Of a stretch of 64,000 nt of DNA, positions 13,236-22,275 are shown in pieces. The stretch is taken from the sequence record MW812341.1, one strand, 5' to 3'. Made by a program: the position numbers and the translations under genes. Numbering within the stretch: the stretch's first letter is position 1; every line of letters starts with the position of its first letter. The notes beneath the pieces were generated by a model. That model was not told the origin of the DNA, ran no database searches, and worked only from the letters and a program-made list of their open reading frames with translations.

Positions 13236-13716
13236 TCCTGAAGGAGACGGACGCCTGCGCGTCGCGACTAATAGAAGAGATTTTTCCCCTACCCCCGGAG
13301 GGGTAGGGTAGATAGAATATAAGTAACTGTTTTTAAAAGAGAATTTTTTTAAATTGATTAAAACTTAGCCAGCTGAAGGCTGGCAGTGTAATCGATTAAA
13401 AAGTAACCAAATCCAGGACAAACTCACCAAGATTCGTTTGTCAGATTTCCCTGTTTTAAATCTCCAATTCCGCAAAGCGGTACCCAGATTTAGATCGGCG
13501 ATTCGGCGCAGTCGGATTGCACCGGGGTCGGAACAGCGGGTCGAGGATAGCGCGTATCGTTCCTGTACGGCGCTGTGGTGCATTATCTCCCCCTTGGGAA
13601 CCCAAGTGTACCGGGTTAGGGTATCGACGCATTCTGAGCGTTTCTGTGGACTATTTTGCACTGGCCATTTTGTAACCGATTATTGATTAAAAAGTGAGCA
13701 GTACCAAGGCTTGGGA

Positions 13717-13752
13717 CAAAAAAAAACAGGGAGCCGAAGCTCCCACTTTTTT
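13717..13752. terminator. bidirectional intrinsic terminator
   Basis: A-run + GGGAGC-CGAA-GCTCCC + T-run. Confidence 0.8.
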
Positions 13753-13754
13753 GA

Positions 13755-14405
13755 TTAACGCAAACGCTTTCCAATCAACGCATTAGTGAATTCGTAGCTT
13801 GGATTCTGGTCAAACGCTTCTGCCCATGCCTTAGTCAGGCAGCGAACAGACATGTCCAGGGATTTGTCTACGGCCACACCGCTCATCAGGTCAATGGAAA
13901 GTTGAGTCACACGCTCGACAGGCTCGTCTTTCATCGCGACTGTCATGTGGTTACCGACAATCGTACAGACTATGTTGTCGAAGCTCTCTCCGAGTAGACA
14001 TTTCTTGATAATCGGATTTTCTGTATCTTCGATGCGGTATTCTTTAAACGGTATGCTAATACGAGATTTGAAATTGGCGGACACTAATCCCCACCCCGCA
14101 GGCAGGGCTGGTTCCTCACCTTTGGTGAAACATTGAACATAATCAATCTCTGGATGGAACTCTCTCACCAGGGCCTCTGAAACGGGCAGTGGCATGTCGT
14201 GGGTGTAAAGCACGGTTGCACATCCAGTTTCAATTAAAACCATCGCACAGCGTACCACGTAGCCGTCTTTGGAGACATCGACGTATTGTCGAAGGTCATG
14301 ACCGCGTGTACTGTTTTCGATTTCAATCATAACCTGAATATTCTGCATGATGCTTTTGGACAGGGTGAAGTCACGGATAGATTCTACTGGGATGAATTTA
14401 GACAT
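13755..14405 (-). CDS. hypothetical protein (216 aa)
   Basis: ORF with AAGGAA RBS downstream of early promoter. Confidence 0.85.
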   Translation of the reverse strand: MSKFIPVESIRDFTLSKSIMQNIQVMIEIENSTRGHDLRQYVDVSKDGYVVRCAMVLIETGCATVLYTHDMPLPVSEALVREFHPEIDYVQCFTKGEEPALPAGWGLVSANFKSRISIPFKEYRIEDTENPIIKKCLLGESFDNIVCTIVGNHMTVAMKDEPVERVTQLSIDLMSGVAVDKSLDMSVRCLTKAWAEAFDQNPSYEFTNALIGKRLR

Positions 14406-14475
14406 AATGGATTCCTTGATAATCGAATTAAGGTTAATTGGTATTATAAGACCTAAGGGAGTAAGTTACTACTCT

Positions 14476-14496
14476 CCCCTAGGTAATATATATCTG
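14476..14496 (-). promoter_or_regulatory. putative early promoter
   Basis: Minus strand CAGATATATATTACCTAGGGG contains exact TATATTAC. Confidence 0.7.
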
Positions 14497-14505
14497 AGAT
14501 CTTTT

Positions 14506-15030
14506 TTAGTCTAAACTGTAAACGTAGTCCATGATAACCCATCCCATTGGCAGCATCTCTGCCATGGCATCCTCGGTGTAAGGTACAACCACAATCATGT
14601 CGGTACCTTCGGGCTGATACTTAATCAGCTCACCGAATGTTTTCTGGAACGCTGGGTTATTGCGAACCTCGTCAGGAACTTTCATACTGACCATATCCGC
14701 ACGGTATTCTTCAGAAACGAATTCAACGTCCACAACGGCGAATACGGCGTTTTTCTCTACCAGGGGTTGCAGGTGTAGGACTTTCTTGAGTTCGTCGCTT
14801 ACAGCCTCTGTGAAGGGCTCTCTGAGGTAGATAAAGAGTTTATCCCCGTTCAGTTCCAGGAATTGGAAATCCTGGGCGATACCGTCCACACTCCAGACAA
14901 GGATAGGGGTGTTCTTGTAACGGCGACCTAAGTCCAGTACCGCCTTCGTACTCAACTCCATATCCTTCCAGGTTTGACAATGGTCGTACTCGCCAGTCAT
15001 GATATCTACGATGTCTACGATTTGATACAT
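14506..15030 (-). CDS. hypothetical protein (174 aa)
   Basis: ORF with GAGGA RBS. Confidence 0.85.
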   Translation of the reverse strand: MYQIVDIVDIMTGEYDHCQTWKDMELSTKAVLDLGRRYKNTPILVWSVDGIAQDFQFLELNGDKLFIYLREPFTEAVSDELKKVLHLQPLVEKNAVFAVVDVEFVSEEYRADMVSMKVPDEVRNNPAFQKTFGELIKYQPEGTDMIVVVPYTEDAMAEMLPMGWVIMDYVYSLD

Positions 15031-15049
15031 GGTTAATCCTCGGTGGTGA

Positions 15050-15091
15050 AATAAATAAAATAAAACCTGTACTGCCGAAGCAGTACAGGTT
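15050..15091 (-). terminator. intrinsic terminator
   Basis: 12-bp AACCTGTACTGC-CGAA-GCAGTACAGGTT with U-rich tail on -. Confidence 0.85.
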
Positions 15092-15096
15092 AGTTA

Positions 15097-15606
15097 TCAT
15101 GCACGGATGCTGTAGCCATCAAGACCTAAGGTAACCGGCTCAATCCAGAGTCCTGGTTCGCCGAAGACGTTGACGTCGTACAGCTGGAAGTTTCGGACTC
15201 CTTGAGGAACGGCAACGCCGCACATCCCCAAATAAGCCCACACACTATCGTACCGCTCTTTGCTTACGAAGAACTTGCCATTTTCGAATCCGGAACTGAT
15301 GTCCAGGAAGTTACCAATACTGTTATCGAAAGTAGACACTCCGTCTTGCACTAATGCCAACATACCCTTGGCTATTGCACCGTGGTTGTCCAGGAACATG
15401 CAAAGGCTCTCAACAGTGAGGTTACCTTTCAATCGTTTCAGGACAGCGGCAACGGTCAATATTTCGACTGTATTACTGTAGTTCCCATTCGGGTTATAGC
15501 TCATCATCGCAGTGATGATGCCTTCGTCGCATAGCTGAGCGAGACGATTGTCCTGGCAGACTACACGCAACTCCTGTACGGAACTGATTGTCGGTGCAGT
15601 GAACAT
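15097..15606 (-). CDS. hypothetical protein (169 aa)
   Basis: ORF with AGGAGT RBS. Confidence 0.85.
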   Translation of the reverse strand: MFTAPTISSVQELRVVCQDNRLAQLCDEGIITAMMSYNPNGNYSNTVEILTVAAVLKRLKGNLTVESLCMFLDNHGAIAKGMLALVQDGVSTFDNSIGNFLDISSGFENGKFFVSKERYDSVWAYLGMCGVAVPQGVRNFQLYDVNVFGEPGLWIEPVTLGLDGYSIRA

Positions 15607-15615
15607 AACGCACTC

Positions 15616-16743
15616 CTATGATATCGGCGACTGTGTATGATCGACGTATCGGAGACCAATCTTCACGACGTTATACCCGGTTGCGTAAAACAGGTTACTG
15701 TCCACGCAGCGGATAAAAGCCTCAGGATCTAGGGCATCTATCGCAAAGTCAGAATCGAAACGCCATTCTTCCGTCTTGCCATCACGTTCTAAGGTTGCAG
15801 AATACAACCCCTCCTCCGCTCCTTTACGGAAGGCGAACAGATTCAAGTCGGTTTCGTCGTCACGTCCCACAAAGACCCCATCACAAACGTTTATTTTCGC
15901 ACGACCACAACGGGTGGCGGTCAGCAGCGCCTTTTCCTCCGGGGTGTTCGATATAAACAGATAGGGGCCATGGTATGGGGGGACGACTCCGTCACTCATG
16001 TTATCGAGTGACACGCAGCGGTACACAATAGGTGACTTGTAATTGCATAAGCGATTACCGTCAGTGAACATTGTGTACTCGACCTTTACGGTTGCACCGA
16101 TAAGGTCTTCGGGACGCAGGCCATGTTGGGCCAACTGTCCCTGTACGCGACGGGAAACCATAGACGATAGGAAGACGTGATTCGATGGAGTACGTAGCAC
16201 GTACCCGTATTTGGTGCAATCGATCACCTTGGCATCCATTCGTCTTTCTGGTTCCATTCGGTACTTCACGCCATCTTCTTCAAGAATGAAGATAGATACC
16301 GCAGGATTACGGGACTGGGTACGGATAGTATCCAATACCTCACACGCCCGTAAGTTTAACGGCTCAATCACATTGACATGGAATGGCAGGGTCTTCTTCG
16401 GAACCTGCCCAAACGACGTCACGGTGATAGTCCGTAAAAGCGGATCATCGAGCGTTGGATTGGTGGACATCCACCAGGTGAGCCAACGTGATGTGTTCTG
16501 TGGAATCACTTCGGTGGAATAAACAATCACCGAACCGGTAATACCGGCTTCATTCAACAGATTCGCCAGCAGCGTATTCGCCGCTGAATACGTTCCATTA
16601 TCCAGGATAGGTTGACCCCCAACTTGCTGCAAGGTACACATGCAGCCGTGTGGTAGTACCCACATGGTAACAGACTTTGTGCGGTCATAACCGGGGGTGG
16701 CGTACCGTCGACGCCATACAGCTTTGCGTTGTAAGTTATTCAT
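15616..16743 (-). CDS. hypothetical protein, possible degenerate ATP-dependent ligase-like fold
   Basis: 375 aa; segment LIGATVKVEYTMFTDGNRLCNYKSPIVYR resembles ligase OB-domain end; no intact KxDG. Confidence 0.7.
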   Translation of the reverse strand: MNNLQRKAVWRRRYATPGYDRTKSVTMWVLPHGCMCTLQQVGGQPILDNGTYSAANTLLANLLNEAGITGSVIVYSTEVIPQNTSRWLTWWMSTNPTLDDPLLRTITVTSFGQVPKKTLPFHVNVIEPLNLRACEVLDTIRTQSRNPAVSIFILEEDGVKYRMEPERRMDAKVIDCTKYGYVLRTPSNHVFLSSMVSRRVQGQLAQHGLRPEDLIGATVKVEYTMFTDGNRLCNYKSPIVYRCVSLDNMSDGVVPPYHGPYLFISNTPEEKALLTATRCGRAKINVCDGVFVGRDDETDLNLFAFRKGAEEGLYSATLERDGKTEEWRFDSDFAIDALDPEAFIRCVDSNLFYATGYNVVKIGLRYVDHTQSPIS

Positions 16744-16767
16744 GGCTTAAAACTCCTTATGGTATAG

Positions 16768-16788
16768 TCACAAGGATAATATCTATCC
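16768..16788 (-). promoter_or_regulatory. putative early promoter
   Basis: Minus strand GGATAGATATTATCCTTGTGA. Confidence 0.6.
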
Positions 16789-16809
16789 GTAAAAATTTAG
16801 AGGTTTAGC

Positions 16810-18183
16810 ATGTCAGAATTAATATTTGATTTCGACAAAGGCATGTATATAGAGTCCAGCGGTCAAGTCGCCCAGGAAGCCCGTCGTGGCTTCTTTGATG
16901 ACGAGTACGACGAAGGTGATGGACTCTATTACGATTACGGATTTGGCGGATATTTACCCACCCGGCAGATAGTCGCATCCGAAGCCATTAAAACTGATGC
17001 GCTGCGCAAAGCCTTTGACGATGCCTTTAAGAAAGTCACGTTTGATAAACGCCTAGCCACCGCGATACGTTCGTACGTGGACGGGATATTTAGCCGTGAA
17101 GGTAACGTTGAATGGTTCGGTTCAAACCTTTTAGGGGTTCACACCATTCGGTTCTTTGACAGCGACAGAAACAAACTGTTTGACCAGGTGCTGGAGGTTG
17201 ATGAAGATTTATTGCAAGCCAACATCGACCAAACCAAAACCATTAACGGGGAATGGGCGGTAGCAGGTAACACCTTCAACCTGGCGATTACCTACATGGT
17301 GCATCGGATGTTGCCTCTGTTCTCTGACCGGAACATCTACAACGCCTGTGTTGACTTGGTGAAACTACTCCAGTTCAAATTCTATTCCAGTATCTACTAT
17401 CACTTCTTCCCGAAGCCGGTGGATATGAATGCCGCCGATGCGGCGTACTCACAACTGTCATTGAAGTTCGACATCCGACGTATGGGTAACTGGGGTCAAC
17501 ATTTGACCGAGCGTGCAGAATACTTCGTGTCGAAGGAATGCCCGCATTACAACGAAGTGAAAGCGTTCAACCATCCCGACCTGTTGATTCGTTTTATCAC
17601 CGACTTGAACACCCGTACCAAACAAACGGTGAAGGACTACTACGCGGTGTTAGACCGGGTACGTCGTGAGAACTCGCGTGTGGTGAATCAGTCCTCGAAG
17701 ATTGACCTCGATGGCGAAACCATCATCCGTGATAAAGTGACCGCATTGAACACAGCCAAGCAAACGCTCCTGGATGCCTCGTGGGACATTAACAACTTCT
17801 ACAAGGAGGAGTTAGCCCGCGTGTGTCTGGAGATGGTTCCTAAGGCATCCCCAGTGGCCATGAAGACGGTGTTGGTGTACATTGCCAGCCAACCGTTGGG
17901 CAAGACTCGCAAAGACATGGAGTCGATTATGGAGGATGCTCTGGCACACGCATTTGATTTGATTGTCTCCAACCGTATCAACTTCAAAGACGTGGCGTTC
18001 TTGCTGAACCGTATGCGTGCGTTGTACCAGTCCTCGAAAACCACGAACGAATATGTTCTGTCGCTGCGTGAACGTATCGAGAAACTGGTGAAGAAAGAAA
18101 CACACCTGACCAACAACGCAGCATTGGCTGCGGTACGTAATGCGCTCTTGTTGTATTTCTTGATTCGTGGCATCGCAAGCTAA
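16810..18183 (+). CDS. conserved phiKZ-like protein, probably virion structural (457 aa)
   Basis: Long + strand ORF with GAGG RBS next to terminase region; function inferred from context. Confidence 0.75.
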   Translation: MSELIFDFDKGMYIESSGQVAQEARRGFFDDEYDEGDGLYYDYGFGGYLPTRQIVASEAIKTDALRKAFDDAFKKVTFDKRLATAIRSYVDGIFSREGNVEWFGSNLLGVHTIRFFDSDRNKLFDQVLEVDEDLLQANIDQTKTINGEWAVAGNTFNLAITYMVHRMLPLFSDRNIYNACVDLVKLLQFKFYSSIYYHFFPKPVDMNAADAAYSQLSLKFDIRRMGNWGQHLTERAEYFVSKECPHYNEVKAFNHPDLLIRFITDLNTRTKQTVKDYYAVLDRVRRENSRVVNQSSKIDLDGETIIRDKVTALNTAKQTLLDASWDINNFYKEELARVCLEMVPKASPVAMKTVLVYIASQPLGKTRKDMESIMEDALAHAFDLIVSNRINFKDVAFLLNRMRALYQSSKTTNEYVLSLRERIEKLVKKETHLTNNAALAAVRNALLLYFLIRGIAS

Positions 18184-18242
18184 AAAAGATAATAGGTACC
18201 TACCCCGCGACGGGTAGGTACCTAGTTCTCTTTATTTTTTGC
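18181..18242. terminator. bidirectional intrinsic terminator
   Basis: 13-bp TAGGTACCTACCC-CGCGAC-GGGTAGGTACCTA with A- and T-runs. Confidence 0.85.
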
Positions 18243-18247
18243 CAGCT

Positions 18248-18478
18248 TTACAGTACAGACAGTTGATGTAACGTATATACGTGACTCATCCCATAGGTGG
18301 CTGCGGAACCAAACATCATCATGCACCCAACTACAAACGTCAGCGAACGTCTGGTAGCCATGCGTGAGATATTGTTCTTAGTAGCGTGGTCGATCACCAC
18401 ACCGTACATGTGGCGTATGCACATAAACAGTGCCACCCACAGGATTACGACTGCAAGGTAATAAAGTTCGGTCATCAC
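18248..18478 (-). CDS. small membrane protein (76 aa)
   Basis: Two hydrophobic segments; ATGA overlap with terminase stop. Confidence 0.7.
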   Translation of the reverse strand: MMTELYYLAVVILWVALFMCIRHMYGVVIDHATKNNISRMATRRSLTFVVGCMMMFGSAATYGMSHVYTLHQLSVL

Positions 18479-20586
18479 TTCATCCTCTGGCGCTGGATAA
18501 GCTCTTTCAAGCTCTCCATCGATGCGACGTTTCTCACGTCAGTTTCGAGTTGATCGATAAGGGATTGCAACCGCGCGTGAATGGACATATGGCGAACAGG
18601 GCAGGTTACCCCGACCATTTGTTTCATGACGGATTCGATTTCCCCCATCAGTTCTTGTTGCCGCTCCTCTTGTTCGACCTGTGCGTCCTCATCCTTGTCT
18701 ACTCCATCGCCCGTAAGCATGTTACGGTTACGAATCATCAGTCGGTTATTACTTATCCCATAATGGTTTAAGTTCTTGCCGAAGATTAGTAACCACATCG
18801 CCAGTAGCCACGAGATGACTAAGTCATCGTGACCGGACCGTTGGTGGTCGATACGTCCGTTCCGCTCAACGAGGCTTAGGATTTGGTCGATCAATTCGCC
18901 GCTGCGCAACAGGTGAGCCGAGAGTCGCAGGGCCATGGTGAATACCTCACCATATAATTTCTTACGTTTTTCTCCATCGGTCGCAAAACCGATATATTTG
19001 CGGAATTTATCCCAGAAGATTTCTGGTCTGTTCCCTGGTCCGCGTGCGTACTCCTTATACAATTCGTCGTTGCGACTGTAGTCCTGAGTAATCTTCACAT
19101 ACAGTCGGCGATGTAAGTCCGGTACTTTGGACTGCATCTGGAGAATAATCGCATCCGCTACCGATGACCCGGTAGAACGGCGTTCCAGAATCAGAACGGT
19201 GTTTGGATAACGAATCATGAACTCTGCCAAGTGAATGGCGAAGCCGATGACGTTAGTTTCGTTGATGGTTAACTTACCCGCATACTCGGCAGTCACGGAG
19301 TTAACAATAGACATTGCGATGGCGTCGCGACCAACCGCTTCTGACGTATCGAGTCCGAGGATATGCCGATCCTGGAGTTTGATAGTCATGTCTTCTTCTT
19401 TGTAGAACCAGTCAGTGATGTAGTTCGATGGACTCACGTCTTTGAACACAGGACGGATACGTGACCCGTTCATGCGTTTCGCATCTTCACCAGAGAACGG
19501 TTTGTTGAAACCGCCCGTTGTCCACTCACCACCAAAGTCACGACGAATCTGATCACCACTACCGGTGGCGTTGGCAATCATCGCAGCGAGCTTCTCATCC
19601 GAGGTGCCTAACTGACGATGGTTGAACTTAACGTAGAACATGACACGCGGCATTTTCGGACGCATGGAGTTCTTCAGAATCAGCGCGATTAAACGTTCAC
19701 GCGTTGGGATATCGATATAACGTTCATCCCACACGATACCGGAGTTCATCAGCTCGTACATGTACGCGCCTTCCGGTGTTGCTAAGTCCCCAGGTGTTGT
19801 AGCGAACACGTTACCGTAAGGTACGCCGTTAGCTTCGTTGATGTTACGTGCCGCAGTACCGGATGCCAGTGCCGCAGGTAAGATGATGTGGATATTGTTG
19901 GTGAAGGGGCCTTCATCCGAGAACAGACGACCGGCGGTTAAACCACGACCCACACCGTTTGCTGATTGCTCATCGTTCTGGCCGATGGCGGTAATCAGTT
20001 TGTTACCCTGAGCCATACACGCAAAGGCTTCTTTGTTATCTGGGTCATCCGGATGTACCGGCCACAGATACTTCGGTAAGCTGTTGCGTAGCTCTTTCAG
20101 TTTGGTGATAGTTTCCTCACGCAGCACCGGCCCCTTGGTAACCAGAATGGTACGTGACTTCTCAAGGAAGCGCAGCAACCAACTCATCAAGGAACACATA
20201 CCGACCGTCTTACCATGCTGACGGAGGAACTCGATACCGGAGTCGATGTTGTTGAAGAAAATCCAGAACATCGCAAAGTTACCACGGTCAATCTTGAACG
20301 GTACACCATCTGTACCATCCGCAGGTACCCGCACACATTCACGCAGGTAGTACCATGGGTTTTCTGCACACTCCTCGACAATCATCCCTTGCTGTTGCAA
20401 AGTCAAGTCGGGGGCGTGTGGGTTAATGCCCTGTAACTCCGGATTGTGTAACGCCAGTACCAAGTACCAATGTTTCACACCCAACTTACGTAAGCTGTCC
20501 GCAAATCGAATGAAGTGCGTGTTACGTGTGGTGTCATCGACGATGGCTCCCGGATAGTAGCCCCAGTCTGACTCGCGTAGAATCAT
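18475..20586 (-). CDS. terminase large subunit (phiKZ gp25-like)
   Basis: Walker A-like RQHGKT, Walker B LFSDEGPF, C-terminal RNase H nuclease ILGLDTSEAVGRD and GHDDLVISWL. Confidence 0.93.
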   Translation of the reverse strand: MILRESDWGYYPGAIVDDTTRNTHFIRFADSLRKLGVKHWYLVLALHNPELQGINPHAPDLTLQQQGMIVEECAENPWYYLRECVRVPADGTDGVPFKIDRGNFAMFWIFFNNIDSGIEFLRQHGKTVGMCSLMSWLLRFLEKSRTILVTKGPVLREETITKLKELRNSLPKYLWPVHPDDPDNKEAFACMAQGNKLITAIGQNDEQSANGVGRGLTAGRLFSDEGPFTNNIHIILPAALASGTAARNINEANGVPYGNVFATTPGDLATPEGAYMYELMNSGIVWDERYIDIPTRERLIALILKNSMRPKMPRVMFYVKFNHRQLGTSDEKLAAMIANATGSGDQIRRDFGGEWTTGGFNKPFSGEDAKRMNGSRIRPVFKDVSPSNYITDWFYKEEDMTIKLQDRHILGLDTSEAVGRDAIAMSIVNSVTAEYAGKLTINETNVIGFAIHLAEFMIRYPNTVLILERRSTGSSVADAIILQMQSKVPDLHRRLYVKITQDYSRNDELYKEYARGPGNRPEIFWDKFRKYIGFATDGEKRKKLYGEVFTMALRLSAHLLRSGELIDQILSLVERNGRIDHQRSGHDDLVISWLLAMWLLIFGKNLNHYGISNNRLMIRNRNMLTGDGVDKDEDAQVEQEERQQELMGEIESVMKQMVGVTCPVRHMSIHARLQSLIDQLETDVRNVASMESLKELIQRQRMK

Positions 20587-20628
20587 ATATCCTCCTCGCT
20601 CCTCCCCTTTCGGGGAGGAGGAGTGTTA

Positions 20629-22272
20629 TTACGTGATGTTGTGCGCCAACATTGGCGAGCAACCTAATTGCAGGTCGTCCGTCGGTGTGCGGCGAATCCA
20701 GCGGATTACCAACACATCGTCCAGCGCCACACGATAGTCAACCACCTTCTTCGTCATCCAGTCATCGACAGGGTAGGTGTAAACCTGCCCGCCAACGTGG
20801 ATTTCAAAGTGGGTCGGCTCCAGTGGGCCAGTTTCGTTACGGCGGTCATACAGTGGGTAAATCGGATCGTACAGGGATTGCAACCACTGCGCCTTCGTTG
20901 TCGCTTTGATAGAGACATCGATTTCGGAGTAGGTCACGTTGGAGTATTTGAACTCCGCCCACACGTTCTCACCGTATTTCAGACCATCTGGCAGATACTC
21001 AATCAGATAGTTGGTGTTCAGTTCGTTACCCGGATTAATCAGGGTAATGGAGAACGACTGTGACTGAATAAAGGCCACGAACTTCGGATCAACCTTGCTG
21101 ATGTCGCACTGCACGTTTAAGCGCTGCTTGACACCCATCAGGAGTGGGTCGAACAGTGTCCCTGTGGTGAATGAGCACGCTGCGGTTGCATCGTACACCA
21201 TGCCACGGGTCAGGCTGTACAGGAAGAACTGCAAACGGAAACCGCGAGAAGCATCAAGCCACTTCGGTACCACGAACAGTTTCATCGAGTACGCACCGTC
21301 GGTCGTTTCAGTCACGGCGGTGTAATCTTTCCAGATCATCCCGTCGTTAATGTTCGGACCAACAAACGTTTCCCCTTTCGCCAGCTGGTAGCTCAGTACC
21401 ATCGGTAATTCTACGCCCGCGTTGGATGCGATGTAGAACGTATCGTGGGCACCGGCATTACGCAGGCCATTCAATTTCACACGAGCGCCGTCAATCGCTA
21501 ATGTCTTCTCCCCGTCGGTATAGCGGATTTTCGCTTTTAACGGAATAGAATCGATTGGGATGTTAATCGGCAGCGTTAAGACTGTCGAGTTGTCATCCAC
21601 GATAAACGGAGAGTCAAGGCGAATGTCCACAACCTGGCGTGACGGAGTTTCCTGCGCCATCACCAAGTTGGTAAGGATAATGTACCCTGTACCCATGTCA
21701 ACAATTTCACCCGAGTCAGCGTATACGACGTATGAGAATTCTTCGCCGTGTTTCACTGGGGCTAAACAGCTGCCCGGCAGCGGAGATTTAACCACCGTGT
21801 CAACGTCATCTTTGGAGATGGTTTGCATCGGCAGGTAGTTTTTGTCCAGGCGTCCATTTTTGTAGAAGCCAGACAGAATCTCCGCTTTGTCTGAAACGTC
21901 CGGACCACGGAAGATACGAATCCCGTCGATGTCTGGGCCGTTCCAAGTCAGGTTGTTATCCACAACCATACTCGCCGGGTTCTTCGAGGTATCCACGTAA
22001 ATGCGATACTTATCAGAACGCAGTGGATAGTGGCCACCCAACACTTTGTTGGTGTTGTTTGCCGGGATACCATTGATAACCTTCGTCGTCCAGGAAGGAA
22101 CCGAATAGTTTACGGTTTCGACACGGTAGACGATATCGGTATCGGGATCGACAATCCAGTCTTTCGGGTTAGGCACAAACCCAGTGGGTTTGTTGATGTC
22201 GTAAAGGTCAGGTAGACCCCACGGCCGCCACCCACGATCGGGATCGATGATATCAGTTTTCAAAGTCGTCAT
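20629..22272 (-). CDS. virion structural protein (phiKZ gp26-like by synteny)
   Basis: 547 aa between terminase and sheath cluster. Confidence 0.75.
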   Translation of the reverse strand: MTTLKTDIIDPDRGWRPWGLPDLYDINKPTGFVPNPKDWIVDPDTDIVYRVETVNYSVPSWTTKVINGIPANNTNKVLGGHYPLRSDKYRIYVDTSKNPASMVVDNNLTWNGPDIDGIRIFRGPDVSDKAEILSGFYKNGRLDKNYLPMQTISKDDVDTVVKSPLPGSCLAPVKHGEEFSYVVYADSGEIVDMGTGYIILTNLVMAQETPSRQVVDIRLDSPFIVDDNSTVLTLPINIPIDSIPLKAKIRYTDGEKTLAIDGARVKLNGLRNAGAHDTFYIASNAGVELPMVLSYQLAKGETFVGPNINDGMIWKDYTAVTETTDGAYSMKLFVVPKWLDASRGFRLQFFLYSLTRGMVYDATAACSFTTGTLFDPLLMGVKQRLNVQCDISKVDPKFVAFIQSQSFSITLINPGNELNTNYLIEYLPDGLKYGENVWAEFKYSNVTYSEIDVSIKATTKAQWLQSLYDPIYPLYDRRNETGPLEPTHFEIHVGGQVYTYPVDDWMTKKVVDYRVALDDVLVIRWIRRTPTDDLQLGCSPMLAHNIT

Positions 22273-22275
22273 GTG

